Assembly: GCF_009914755.1 (NCBI RefSeq)
Contig: NC_060926.1
DNA: 64,000 nucleotides
DNA from: the human T2T-CHM13v2.0 reference genome, Homo sapiens
Strand: one strand, 5' to 3'
Of this stretch, positions 27,590-41,082 are shown piece by piece; the stretch's first letter is position 1; the number at the start of each line of letters is the position of its first letter. Position numbers and translations under genes: made by a program. Under the pieces are notes generated by a model, which worked only from the letters and a program-made list of their open reading frames with translations, had not been told where the DNA came from and ran no database searches.

Positions 27590-27590
27590 A
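27525..27590. repeat. (AAAG)n tetranucleotide microsatellite, ~16 units; (TTTC)n on the LRP1B sense strand
   Basis: Read directly. Begins ~90 nt downstream of the exon 2 donor. Confidence 0.98.
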
Positions 27591-27676
27591 TCATCTAGAA
27601 CAGCAGTCATCTGTGAAAACAACTGACATTTAGTTTCACATGTAAGGTAAATCCGAATGGCATGAGAACCTTTCTA

Positions 27677-27973
<297 letters not shown>

Positions 27974-28569
27974 TCAGCTGAAACACACAATTTTAATACA
28001 CTTGACTTTGTTATAGGTTCACACTATCTGTTCTGGAAACAGTTAAAAATTCTGTTCCTGTTCATGACTAGGGGCTTTATCGGATCAAAGATGGAATATA
28101 GATATTCCAGCAAGTTAGTTTTATATAAGATGTTGAATCAAAGCAGAGGCTCTTGAGCATAGAAATTTTAGTTTCTTTCTCAGCTCTGAGAGAAAGAAAA
28201 AATTAGTTGAGTTAAATATTAATATTATAGTTAAAAATCCATTTCTGAGTATTCAGTTCTTAACCATCCATCCTGATACTGGGGCTTCACGTCTCTACGT
28301 GAGTTGGATACCCACTATCACAGTATTTTCTTTTTTTTTTCCATGACTTCCAAGGTGACAACTTCTGCTACTAGATGGCAGAAGTGATAGTAAACTTCCA
28401 TAAAGGTTTTTTTTCTAACTCAAATTTTCTACAGTTGTTTGTGACTAAAACGTCTGCTATTTTCCTTCCTTTGTTTCAGGATATTTGAAATCTGCAGCCT
28501 TTCCTCAAGTCCTCGCAAACTCATCAGATGTTTGTTTTCCACAGCATATTTGCTTTTATCACGTGAATC

Positions 28570-28881
28570 CCTTTACAAACTAATTATTCTTTACATCTTA
28601 ATATGTCTGAAATAGGAATGTTTCTTACAGTCATGGTCTCTGAATGTGAAGAAGTGTTGGGAATACCTTAGCCATTATATTTCACTGGTAATTTTGTTGT
28701 ATGTATATAAAAATAACTCAAGATTTTAAAAATCCAACATTAAATAGGTCTCAGTGAGCTCTTTCAATAAATATCAAATAAAAATTCTAAGTGATATGAA
28801 AGCATTAGGCCATAACTTAATTGACAGTTTTGCCCGAGCAATATGGAAAATAATACTATATCTTACACTCAATGGTATCCT
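28570..28881 (+). mobile_element. Tc2/Kanga-type DNA transposon remnant (MER104/Kanga2-like)
   Basis: cttaatatgtctgaaataggaatgtttcttaca, gagctctttcaataaatatcaaataaaaattctaagtgat and the terminal tcttacactcaatggtatcctagatttgatttaatatggta. Confidence 0.6.
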
Positions 28882-29654
28882 AGATTTGATTTAATATGGT
28901 ACATATTTCCTTACTCTCCCTCAACTTCCCTCCGCCTGATACCAGCAGCATAAATTTCAGTAAATATGCATTGCAAACACATATATCTTTAAAATCTACA
29001 GATGTAGGGTATAAGAGTAGTCTTTTCCATACTCAAACTATAGCTATTTCGTGACAACTCATTTTATTTTATCCTATTATATTTTTATTAAGTTAACCAC
29101 CAACAGCATGCTCATCACCATCACTGTCATAATTATTTTTCACATTAAGTTGCTTGAGCATACTTTGTATTTGGCCTCAGACTTGGTGCTGTAGAATCAA
29201 CGATGTAGAAGCCAGTCTTTGTCTTAAAGGATCCAATAGACTAGTTGTGTCTACAGATCTCACTCTCCAAAAAATGGTAAAAGAAGAAACCACAGGAAGA
29301 GACAGGCTGAGACAAATAAAAAAATAGTTTTGGGATGTCTGCATTCCTCTAAAGATGGGTGGGCTTTGGATAAGTGGAATATAGGACATTTCAGGTAAGA
29401 TTTAGAGTAAATGGTTGCTAAGGTAATAATTATTGCAGTGCATTTGAGAAAAAATACATTTTCTACTGAAATGGAAATGGCATTCAGGTTATAAGACCTG
29501 GGTTTTCCCCATCAAACAGTGGTGTGTGATATTTATAAGTATGCTTGAATGCTAGAGGAGGAGGGCTTACATTTTGCTTTAGGCTGTCACATAACTTTTG
29601 AAGTTAATGTAGAGAAAGAGCATGGAATAAAATTCAAATTATTTTGCTTATAGA

Positions 29655-29806
29655 TAAAGAGACCATATAATTTATCACCAAGCTGAGAGAGTTCTGAGAC
29701 TGAAAGTAGGTTTATTAGTAATTATTAGTAATTATTAGTAATTACACTGGGACAACAGGTATAAACCAAGTTTATCCCAGAAAAGTCAGAATGGATGTTC
29801 ATTTTA
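29655..29806 (+). mobile_element. MER94-like hAT-Blackjack MITE with an internal (TTATTAGTAA)x3 expansion
   Basis: gaccatataatttatcaccaagctgaga...actgaaagtagg...aattacactgggacaacaggtataaacc. Confidence 0.65.
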
Positions 29807-30489
29807 TCTATAGCTACTTTGCGTTTGATCTACGGTCTTGAAATGCTAGATTTTATCTCCCTTCCTCCCAAACCATATCAAATTGTTATGTGGAGAGGGG
29901 AAATGTCATTCCATAGTGTGTGACTCAGTGAATAATTGATAAGTACTTGTTGAAAATATAAAGGAGTAAAGAAGACCATAAAAATGATTTATGGTGTTGG
30001 AATAGAGCATCTTAAAAACATAGGATCAGTTATGAAGGAACTTGATTGCCATTAGAAGTATTTTGCCTATAATTTGAAGCCATGGAAAATACTTAAGAAA
30101 AGGTAATTAATAATAAAACATGCTACAAAGCCATCTCCTAGGAGACTCTTGCAATTCTCTAGAGAAGATTTCAAGATGATTTGACTAAGGTAATGGGGAA
30201 TTAGATGAAGACTCTGATCCAAGTGATGTGACATATGAGTTAAGAATTGGTGACTAAATATTTGAAAGGCTCCAATATGTCTTCAAGTATATAGACTTAA
30301 ACAATGGATGGCATCATAAAACTTATGATATATAGATAGAAAAAAAAAAGACTGGGTTCATGTGTACATGTGTCTGTGAGCCTGCTCATGGTGGGGAGTG
30401 GAATAATAGTAGAAATAACAGACGAATAAATAGTGAATGTTTTACAGTTTTACAGAATGTTTTACAAAAAGCACCACCTCACATCAATG

Positions 30490-32730
30490 TGTTCATTTAT
30501 CTATGCAACACATATTATTGAACTTCTACTGTGTTCTAGGCACTAGGGATACGATAATGAAAATAAATAAATAAAAATAGGCCAGAATTCCTGTTATCAT
30601 GGATCTTACATTATAATGGGAGGATAGAAACAAAAACAAAACCGATGAACCAATTGTATAGCATGTTAAAAGATAAACCTTATTGAGAAAAATAGAACAG
30701 AGATGGGGACTGACGGTTAGAGTATGGAGGCAGGTACATTTTAAATAGGTGGTCAGAGTATATGTCACAGAGAATATGACATTTGAATAAAAGCTGAAGT
30801 AAGGTGAGAGTGACACCCATTTGAATTAAAGGTCAAGGGCTAAGGATTTGAGGCAGGAGGGTGCTCAGCAAATTTAAGGAACACTAAAGAGGTCAACGTG
30901 GCTGCAGAAAAAGATAAATTAGGAAAAGATGTGGTCAGGGAATATGGGATTCCAGAGATCAGATAAAGGTTTTTTTTTTTTACTAAAAACAAACAAACAA
31001 ACAAACCAACAAAAAACAGGATGGAGGACCACTAAAAAATTCTGAGGAGTGTAACAGTGTTGCAACTTTTTCACTCCTGTAGTTCTGCAAGTGACAGGGA
31101 GTATTACAGCTCATTGACTCCTGCAGCCAGCAGCTCAGTGGGTGGGAGCGTTACAGCTCTTTGCTTCTGCCATTCAGAGAGTTCTGGATTCTTGTCCCAC
31201 AACCAAGAATAAGGCACACAGACTGGAGAGGGCTAAGGCAGAGATTTATTAAGTGACAGAAAAGGTGTCAGCAGCAAGAGGGGGTCTAAAAGAGGGTTGC
31301 CGGCTGTGGGGCTAGGTTTGGGGTTTTTATGGACTGAGAATGAGGAGGAGTGGGTTGACTGGTCTATGAGCCATTTTTGAAACCACAAGTCTCAGGAAGA
31401 CACAGGACAGTGTAAAGAACCAATTGGAGGCAGAAGTGAAGGCTTGGCCCGCAACCAATTGAGAGCTTTAGTGACATTTCACTTTATGCAAATTAAGACT
31501 TTGCCTATGGCCAATCACAGAAAGATAGGTATATGTAAAACAGATGAAAGGTATGAGATAATCAGGAAGAAGAGTACAAAACGGGACAAAGGCACCAAAA
31601 GGAGAGAAATGTGCCCAGAAAAGTAGTCAATTTTCTTCATCTGGGCTCACAGAGTGGGTGTTTCCATATAGGGATGTGGGCTTTTTCTTATCTGGGGCCT
31701 ACAGCTTGATTTTCAGGCTGTTCTTGGTTTGAAGGAGTTCTACCGAGGACCTGCCCTAACTGCCTGACTGAGTGGTTTCTTCCTTCCTCCTCTCTCATCA
31801 GGATCTGGCTTACTTTTGGAAAGAATCATTTTGGCTACTATGTTGAGAATATATACTGCAGTGAAGTGAAGGTGGAAGCAGGGAGATCAGCTAGAATGTT
31901 ATTGCAATCATCTAGGTGAGAGGAGATGGTACTGTGGAAAAACATGTTGGTTGAATGGAATTTCAAGACTGTATTTAAAGAGGAAACTGCAGTCAAATAT
32001 TATGTTCACCATCTAATAAATGCCAGCATCTTAAATTCAGATATTTGAACCCAAATCTATGACTTTCTAACCATTTAAAAAATATACTGATTATGGGATG
32101 GTTTGGAGACATCCAAGAAGAAATATCTAATAGTGAAATATTTAAGTCTGTAATTCAGGAGACTGGGTAAAACTGGAAACAAAAGAGAACTGGGGCTAAA
32201 AGAAGTTAGTGAAAAACTATAGGAATAGAAATAGGTGTAGATTAAATTAAAGTGAGAAGAGGGTGGGGCATGAACAGGTGGTCAAAAGGAAGAGGCAAAG
32301 AGGTAAGAGCAGGTCAGGCAGTGAGGCAGAGGAAACAAAGTTCAGCCACAGATACAGGATGAGGATGCAAGGGGAAAGGAGATTTACTAAAGTTATGTGA
32401 AATTCTGATAACTGAATCACTCATGATAAAGTTCAAGTACAGTGAGTTCTAAAAATCTGGAGTAGACTCATAGGCTGAGGGAAACATACCACTAGAGGAA
32501 GAGAGACTAGAGGCCCAAGAAGAAGGTGAAAGTAGAGCTATGTGCCCAAGAAAAACTTGTAGAGATGGAATAAGAACTGAAACAATAGTAGAAACACTTG
32601 CCCTGAAGAAAAAGGATGGAAAAATGAAATAGATTGATTTTTAGCTGGTAGGGAAGAAAGTTAACATAGTCTTAGTCAGTTGTGTTTTCTCAAGGAACTG
32701 AGAAGCAGGATTAGTTTTAGAAATTTGAAG
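30490..32730 (-). mobile_element. L2 (L2a-like), fragmented and interrupted by an ERV1 LTR
   Basis: ttcatttatctatgcaacacatattattgaac...ctaggcactagggatac..., continuing after the LTR with gatctggcttacttttggaaagaatcattttggctactatgttgagaat...tattgcaatcatctaggtgagaggagatggt. Confidence 0.7.
31050..31797 (-). mobile_element. ERV1 solo LTR (MER61/LTR9/MER4-group-like)
   Basis: Minus strand starts TGAGAGAGGAGGAAGGAAGAAACC...CAGTTAGGGCAGGTCCTCGGTAGAACTCCTTCAAACCAAGAACAGCCTGAAAATCAAGCTG and ends ...GTTACA (TG...CA termini). TATA-like CATAAAA at ~31325-31331 and AATAAA at ~31245-31250. Subfamily uncertain and no clear TSD. Confidence 0.8.
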
Positions 32731-32737
32731 AAGGTAG

Positions 32738-33323
32738 TGAGAGGTGAAGCCAGCTGGGTCGAGTGAGGACTTGGAGAACTTTTCTGTCGTACAAGAGGAC
32801 TGTAAAATGCACCAATCAGCACTCTGTAGCTAGGATTATAAAATTCACCAATCAGTGCTCTGTAGCTAGCAAGAGGATTGTAAAATGCACCAATCAGCAC
32901 TCTGTAGCTAGCAAGGGATTGTAAAATGCACCAATCAGCACTCTATAAAATGCACCAATCAGTGCTCTGTAAAATGCACCAATCAGCACTCTGTAAAATG
33001 CACCAATCAGCAGGATCCTAAAAGTAGCCACTTGGAGGGAGGATTAAAAAAAGGGCACTCTGATAGGACAAAAACGGAACATGGGAGGGGACAAATAAGG
33101 GAATAAAAGCTGGCCACCCCAGCCAGCAGCAGCAACCTCCTTGGATCCCGTTCCACGCTGTGGAAGCTTTGTGCTTTCACTCTTAACAATAAACCTTGCT
33201 ACCACTCACTCTTTGGGTCCATGCCATCTTTAAGAGCTGTAACACTCACTGCTAAGGTCCGTAGCTTCATGCTTGAAGTCAGCAAGACCGTGAACCCACC
33301 GGAAGGAACCAACTCTGGACACA
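32738..33323 (+). mobile_element. LTR12-family (HERV9) solo LTR, LTR12F-like, with TSD
   Basis: tgagaggtgaagccagctgg...ggacttggagaacttttctgtc, tandem tgtaaaatgcaccaatcagcactct units, ggaataaaagctggcc, ending ggaaccaactctggacaca. 4-bp TSD gtag at 32734-32737 and 33324-33327. Confidence 0.95.
32800..33012 (+). promoter_or_regulatory. Seven tandem CCAAT (NF-Y) boxes in the LTR12 U3 region
   Basis: CACCAATCAG with CCAAT at ~32812, 32848, 32890, 32931, 32955, 32979 and 33003. NF-Y binding to LTR12 tandem repeats is established. Activity at this copy is untested. Confidence 0.7.
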
Positions 33324-33586
33324 GTAGAACAGTAAAGGGTGGTAAAGGTTTAGAATGATTGCTGTAGCGTTAGGAAAGGAATCAACTAAGAATTTGTGCA
33401 AGAATAACTTTCTAATAGCAATGAGGATCCAGCTAAGGTTAAAAAGTGTGCAGTTGACAGTTGGATGTTTTCTTCATTTTATTTTGTTTTAATGTCCAAA
33501 TGTTCACCTATAGGGAGGGATAGATACAGAATAATTCTTTGGGAAAATCTCAGAAGAAAATCCCTTGGGAAAATATGCAAACCAAC

Positions 33587-34131
33587 TGTGATGGCTAATA
33601 CTGTCAACTTGATTGCATTGAAGGATGCAAAGTATTGTTCCTGGGTGTGTCTGTGAGGGGGTTGCCAAAGGAGATTAACATTTGAGTCAGTGGATTGGGA
33701 GAGGCAGACCCACCCTCAGTCTAGGTGGGCACCATCTAATCTGCTGTCAGTGTGGCTAGAATAAAAGCAGGCAGAAGAAGGTGGAAGAACTAGACTGGCT
33801 GAGTCTTCTGGCCTGCATCTTTCTCCTGTGCTAGATGCTTTCTGCCTTCAAACATCAGACTCCAAGTTCTGCAGCTTTTGGGCTTTTGGACTTACACCAG
33901 TGATTTGCCAGGGACTCTCAGGCCGTCAGCCACAGACGAAAGGCTACACTATCAGCTTCCCTACTTTTGAGGTTTGTGGACTCAGAATGGCTTTCTGGCT
34001 CCTCAGCTTCCAAACGGCCTATTGTGGGACTGCACCTTGTGATTGTGTGAATCAAATCTCCTAATAAACTCCCCTTTATATATACATGTATCCTACTAGT
34101 TCTGTCCCTTTAGAGAAACCTGACAAATACA
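33587..34131 (+). mobile_element. MLT2A (MLT2A2-like) ERVL solo LTR
   Basis: tgtgatggctaatactgtcaacttgattgcattgaaggatgcaaagtattg...ttctgtccctttagagaaacctgacaaataca. TSD ccaac/ccacc (one mismatch). Confidence 0.9.
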
Positions 34132-35941
34132 CCACCCATCCTCAATACTCACATGTATATAGAGATATACACAAATCCATCATGATTCAAAAATGACATT
34201 TTTTTTTTTCAGGAATAAGATAGACTTAATGGGATTTACCTAACGAGCCTATGTTATCAGCTCGCTAAAGCAAGTTTCAACCTTTAAAGACAATTTATAT
34301 TGTTACCGTTTTGGGGACAGTTTTATATTATCCCTCTAGGAAATCTCAGTTAAAAATAGCCTGCTATATAAACCACCTATGTATTTTTCAACCAGATATT
34401 CCATTTCAAATTCAGTTTTTAAAAACATTAGTTATAGGAGTCAAATGAAAAAAAATTTCAGTATTTCAAGATGATTACTTAAAAATATATCCACTTTATT
34501 GAGTTCCTTGAATCAGAAGCCAAACATGTTGTATATATGTGTGTTTTTCATTTATCCTATTTAATGCTTCATCCCACACTTCTGAGATAGTCAGATTAAT
34601 CTTATTTTAAATGTTTTCCTATTATATGAAACATAGTGTTTTACACTGTAATTAAAACAAGGAGCTTATGGAAATGTGAAGGCGGTTTCACTTACATCCC
34701 TAAGGAAGAAGATCAAAGCTAGTACCATGTATATCTTTTTATAATAATAGATTCTTGCAATCAAAAAACATGAAAAGATTAGGACAAGCATAGCCTACAC
34801 AGTTTACTCAGTTTGGATTCACCCTGGCATGAGAAAAGCTTAGTATAATTACCCTTCTGCACTTACATGAAAACATCTAATTATGTATTTTAATAGAAAT
34901 TTATAATAAATATTTTTGAAAGTTTGATATAGCCATAGCTGAAAAAAATGTATATATATGAGCTGTCACAGACTAGCTAATTTATATTTTCTCATTTTAA
35001 AATCAAGATGAACTGCTAATTTTGATCTTTTCAGAAAACAGAAACTATGTCAAATACTAAAACTATCATCAATAGGGGTCTACTGCACAACTATGTAGCC
35101 CCCAGCTCTTTGAATATTTTACCATGATTAATTTACAAAAATTTTATGCCATTTTTCCTAAAAGTTCACTTGTTATACTAATGTTGTACATACTAATATT
35201 ACCTTAATAAATTGCCTATTGAATGTATAAAAGGACACTATAGAAAAACTTTAAGGAAATATAAATGATTCATTCTGATAGCTAATTACAAATTAAATGT
35301 AAAGGAGGGATAGCTTGCATTAAACAGCAATATCCCCAGGGACTCAGATAATAAGGTTTAAAAATACTTTTAAAGAATAGGTAAATTAAAGGATAGATAC
35401 AATCTTCTGAACAGCTAAGTATTAGGGAAACACTGTGACTTATGTTTTCAGAGTTTAGTTAACATCAAATATTTATTTATTGTCTCTACATCTCATTGCT
35501 AATTTAAACATAGGATGATTCATACCACAACACTCATAACTGCTAAAAGAGAAATATGGTTATATTTTCTTTTGTCTCATATAGCAGACAATGAATTCAT
35601 TACCAGGAGAACAGAATTCTTGTAGAGGCCTACAGAAAGTATTACAAATGCAACTTCAAATTTTGATAAAACTCATGTAATGTAACAAGAACAATGTTAG
35701 TTATAAAATATCAAGAAGTACCTTAATCCCCTTCCTTTACATTCACCTGCCTCAGAAAAATGTACATATGTAGATAAAGAATAAATTGCTCAGAATTCCA
35801 TTTAAATTGTTTTTCATAACATGGTTAGAGGTCTTCTTTCTAAATACTTTCTTCTACTGTCATTTTACCAATTCAACATGCACTTTTAACTCTCCTTAAT
35901 ATTCTATTCACTTTCCCTAAATATAACATTTCTGTATCTTT

Positions 35942-36242
35942 TTTTTTTTTTTTTTTTTTTTGAGATGGAGTCTTGCTCTGTCACCCAGGCTGTAGTGCAG
36001 TGGTGCGATCTTGGCTCAATGCAACCTCTGCCTCCCAGGTTCACTCCATTCTCCTGCCTCAGCCTCCCGAGTAGCTAGGACTACAGGCGCCTGCCACCAC
36101 ACCTGGCTAATTTTTTGTATTTTTAGTAGAGACGGGGTTTCACCGTGTTAGCCAGGATGGTCTCGATCTCCTGACCTCGTGATCTGCCCGCCTTGGCCTC
36201 CCAGAGTACTGGGACTACAGGCGTGAGCTACCGCACCTGGAC
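35942..36242 (-). mobile_element. AluY/AluSc8-like full-length Alu with TSD
   Basis: Poly-T, then gagatggagtcttgctctgtc...ccattctcctgcctc...ttagccaggatggtctcgatctcctgacctcgtg. TSD aacatttctgtatcttt at 35925-35941 and 36243-36259. Confidence 0.95.
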
Positions 36243-36365
36243 AACATTTCTGTATCTTTACTGTTATATTCCTTTGCTTGGGATGCCCTTTCCTATCTAA
36301 CACATTTCTAATCAATCATTCACTCAAGTCTAATGGCATTTTAGATCCTTTAATAAAAACTTTCT

Positions 36366-36707
<342 letters not shown>

Positions 36708-36861
36708 CTATCACTGGATCCACAACCGTCTACTCAAAACACCGAAAAGCTTCTATTTTACTTTGCTGTATGAATTGTACCTACTGTGTGATGAGCTTCT
36801 AGAGGGCAAGGGGTTCTGTCTTAAGACTTCACGTTTGCAATAACGTAACACTTCAGGGCTA

Positions 36862-37300
36862 CAGGACACTATGTTACTTGAGATAAGCCAGGAAAAGAAA
36901 GTTAAACATCTTAAACATCGCATGTTCTCATTCATATGTGGAAGCTACAAAAGTTTATCTTATAGAAGTAAAAAGTGGAACAGAGGATACTAGGGGCTGG
37001 AAAGGATAGTGGGACAGGAGGGATAGGAAGAAATTTGTTATAGGATACAAAATAACATCTAGATAGGAGAAATAATTTCTAGTGTTCTGTATCACTGTAG
37101 AATTACTATGATTAACAATAATGTAATTTCAAATAGTAAGAAGGAGGATATTGGACGTTCCCAACACCAATAAATGATAAATGTTTGAAATGATGGATAT
37201 GCTAATTACCCTGATCTCATCACTGTACAATATATATCTATCTATGGAAACATCATTAACTATCTGAATATATGCAATTATTATATGTCAAAAATATAAC
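36862..37300 (+). mobile_element. L1MA-like 3' UTR
   Basis: gcatgttctcattcatatgtggaagct...agataggagaaataatttctagtgttct...gatggatatgctaattaccctgatct. Confidence 0.85.
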
Positions 37301-38237
37301 AAAGGCTTCAGTGAAAAACACCAAATTTTCTGCCAATAATTACACATTATTTTTGCAAAAACAGGGGCTAAAAGAAAAACCAAAGCAATACTAGTATTCT
37401 GTTTTATTTTCAGGATGATAAATAGCTTTTTTAGTTAATCAGTAAGATAAAATTAAGTTCTCCCATGGTTAAAATGAAATACCTCAATAGTAAGGATTAT
37501 ACTATATAAAATTATAACAACCATGAAAACTGAAAGGCAAACTTGAGATTCAGTGTTACCCTCCAGAGTCTCTTAAAGACTGCTGAAAATCAGACTTTTA
37601 CAATAGCTGGCATGCAATTGTAACTTAGCCAAATATGTTATAGTTTTTTGCAAAAGATAATTCCTTTAGGGATATCACATCTGTAAGCACAGGATAAAAT
37701 GTACTATCTTAAGTCTATAATTAATAGAAATAGAAAAATATATTTAGATTATGTACATTTTAGGGGCTAGGGGTTAAGGAAAGGTAGACCAAAAATGCTT
37801 GAACTAGGACAGTTCCGTTTTGCAAAGAAAATAGATATTCTTTACAAAATGGGTGGCTTATTGAAAAATAAACCCTATTAGACACTCTAAGATTACAATT
37901 CATGGTATCACTCATCTATGATAAACCCATCCTGAAAAAATCAGCAGAGGCTTGAATTAGACGGGCATTGAGGAATGAAAAGAATTTATATTTCAATAGT
38001 ATAACATGATTTTTAATCAATAATTTTTGTTGTCATGCTGAGACAGTAGTAATAATTAGAAACTTACTCTACAGACATATGTGTATGTACACCCACAAAA
38101 TATGTACACAAGTTTGCATGTTTTAAGATTGGTGTACAATTCTAGCTGGAGCTCATTCATCCTTGAAACTAAGATGGATCGAGAGACAAGCCAAATAAGA
38201 ATAAAATTTGAAATTGACTAAAATTGAATAAGAGCCC

Positions 38238-38683
38238 CATGGCAGGCTGAATAATGGGACCCCAAAGAAGATCACATCCTAATTCCTGGAATCTGTGAAT
38301 ATGTCACCTTACATAGTAAAACGGACTTTGCAGATGTGATTAAGTGAAGGATCCTGAGGTGGGAGATTATCCTAGATTATCCTAGTGGGCCCAATATCAT
38401 CACAAGGGTGCTTGCCAGGGGGAGATCAGAGAGCAAAGAAGTAGATGAGCCAGGAAAGAAGAAGCTGTAATCTGAGAAGGGAGCCAAGCATCAAGGAATG
38501 TAGGCTAACTCTAACAGCTGGGAAGGACAGGGAAATGGATCATCACCTAGAGCCTCCAAAAGAACTCAGCCCATTGAGCACTCTTCAGGCTTCTGACTCC
38601 CACGCTGTAAGACAGAAATTTGTATTGCTTCGATTCCCTCAATTTGTGGTAATTTGTTACGATAGCAAAGAGAGACTAAAACA
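38238..38683 (+). mobile_element. MLT1D solo LTR
   Basis: ggcaggctgaataatgggacccc...ctggaatctgtgaatatgtcaccttacatag...ggactttgcagatgtgattaag...ggagattatcctagattatc...tttgtggtaatttgttac. Confidence 0.85.
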
Positions 38684-39496
38684 ATTTCCCAGTTTCATGT
38701 CACAGCCAAGACATCACAGGTGTAAGCCTCATCTAATGAGTAAGAAACAAGCATGTTGCAAGCTAGTGTACCATTAAAGGCCTTTTTCTCCTTAGTCGCT
38801 TTCTTTTAGTTTCAACATGATCTACTTTTACATAAATTGGCTTTTCTTCTCCTTGATGTCAAATGTCAGTCCCAATACACTGGCACAGGATGAAGGCCAG
38901 CAATAATGACTAGAAGCACATGACAGAATTTTATGAAAAACCTTATAAATTGCTAATAATTTGTAAGTAGCTGGTATCTGAGAAATGTATGAATTGGGAA
39001 GTATATATTTTTGTGTACAAGTGTGTATACATGTTTTTATTCTTGGGAGATGGAAAAATACAAAAATATGATAATGTCCTTCACCAAAAAAATTATAAGT
39101 AATAGTATATTTTTATGCTTTCTATTGGATGCTACCAAATGTGTAATCATTCTATGCCTTATTAAGCACCAAGTGTTTTTGGAGCTGCAGATGGCAATTT
39201 GTACTCACAAAAACATCTTATATAAAACCGAGACAAAATTGAAAACTTGAAGAAGTACATTATCCCCAGGAAGAAGCTTTGCCCATTTATCATTTCTATC
39301 ATAATGAACAAATGAAAAGTACCTCTGTAAACATTTCAAATCCAATTTGACATTTAATTTTCAGGGAGAATGTAGGGATTTTGTTCCTTAATCATTGAAA
39401 CACTGGTAGGTTTCTTGTGTTTTTTTAGACAGTGATATAGGAAATTACAAAGCATTCAACACAGACCTATTTGGAACTGCTTCTTCACCAAAAAAT

Positions 39497-39500
<4 letters not shown>

Positions 39501-39570
<70 letters not shown>
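39501..39570. repeat. Compound (AC)15(AG)20 microsatellite
   Basis: Read directly. Confidence 0.97.
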
Positions 39571-39574
<4 letters not shown>

Positions 39575-40414
39575 TAGTAAAAACCCTGTCTTTTATTTAG
39601 CAAGAGACAAAGGATATATATTCAGTGGAATAAAGCTGACACATTCAACACGGTTGACTGGAGTTTTTATTATCATTGGATTAATGCTTTGCAGTTGTGT
39701 GTTCTTTTCTGAAATTTCAGTAGAAATGATCTATTTCCTTTTAACCTGCCCTTTTTCAAAAGCCCATTCAAATGAATCAGCAAAAGTTATTTCATATACT
39801 ACCATGTTAAGGAAGGAGAAAAGTTTGACATCTCCCTCGTAAATGCAAAAGAAAAAGCCTAAATTATTGACACTTCCTTGCAGGCTCTATTTTCTAAATC
39901 CTACACGATCCTTCTCCAATCTCCCATGGGATACCAAAATTCACATATTTTTTTCTCATCTCTAGACACAGTGAGATATGAAGCAGATGGTTAGACTTTG
40001 GCTCTTTCAGGGATGATGTGAAATCTCCTATCTATTATGCTGTGTTTTAACCATTAAAGGCCCTTCAAAGACTACAATTGTTTTTTATCTCCTTATTATT
40101 TTAATCTTAAAATATATTTTAAATCATAATTCCTTGTTCCCTATTTTAAAAGGTCCTAAACTGACTCATTTATTTAATACTCATTTACTGTGAACCAAAG
40201 TAGGCACTAAGAATATAATGATGAAGACAACAGGGGTCTCCACCTACAAGCTGCGGATGGTTTAGTAAAGCGGTGGGCAAAAATAGAAATACTTACAATA
40301 ACGTGAGGTAGGTGCTAATATAGGTGCATCTGGAGTGCTGCTGGAAGAGCAATGAAAATAGATTAACACATTCCGTGAACAGAGCTGAAGTTGGGAGTTC
40401 AGATAAGGAGAAGA

Positions 40415-40895
40415 TGTGCAGAGTGTATTGTTCATTGCCTACCCAGAAGCAGTTTTCACCATTTTGAAAAATACCACTTTCCACTATGGAAACAGGGAAG
40501 GCTGTATGCTTGCTTTCCCCATCTCTCTTGCTTTCCCCATCTCTCTTACAGATAGGGCATGGACATGTGGCCAGTGCTGAGGAATGACAACTGAGATAAA
40601 GAGTTATCTAGGATTCTCCTGGGAAGTGGTTTCCTTTCTACTAAAAAGAAAAAAGAAAAAAAAAGCTTGTGAAGAGAAGCTCTCCTGCATTGCTCTAGAT
40701 TGTGAGCACTTCAGGTCTGGGGCAGCCATAGCCATCTTGGGAGCATGATTCTATGCCAGAACATGAAGGCCAGCACAGTGAGGATGAGGAGGTGGAAAGT
40801 GCTCAACATCTGGGTCTTGGGTGATATTAATGATATCATTATTGTTTAGTCACTGTGTGTTGGGTGATTATACTAACAATCAGAAGTAACTGACA
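40415..40895 (+). mobile_element. MLT1I/J-like LTR nested in a minus-strand L2 (~40165-41030)
   Basis: ttcattgcctacccag..., ttccccatctctcttacagatagggcatggacatgtg, gcagccatagccatcttgg, tgaaggccagcacagtgaggatg. The flanks show antisense L2 features. Confidence 0.5.
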
Positions 40896-41082
40896 GAGTC
40901 ATCAGAGAAGCATCCCCGAAAAGGTCTTTCTTTAGCATTTTAATAAAAGAATACAAGATTGTCAAGCTGATTAGGTGGAGGATAGCATACCGAACAAAAG
41001 GGAAATCACAAAGGGAAACATGGCATGTTAAGAGAATATTAAATAATAGTTCATATTATACTAAGTTTAGGCTGAACTAAGA

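Noticed and set aside
32800-33012. Short repeats with variable spacing resembling a CRISPR array
   Set aside because: These are the known tandem CCAAT units of LTR12 U3. There are no unique spacers or cas genes, and the DNA is eukaryotic.
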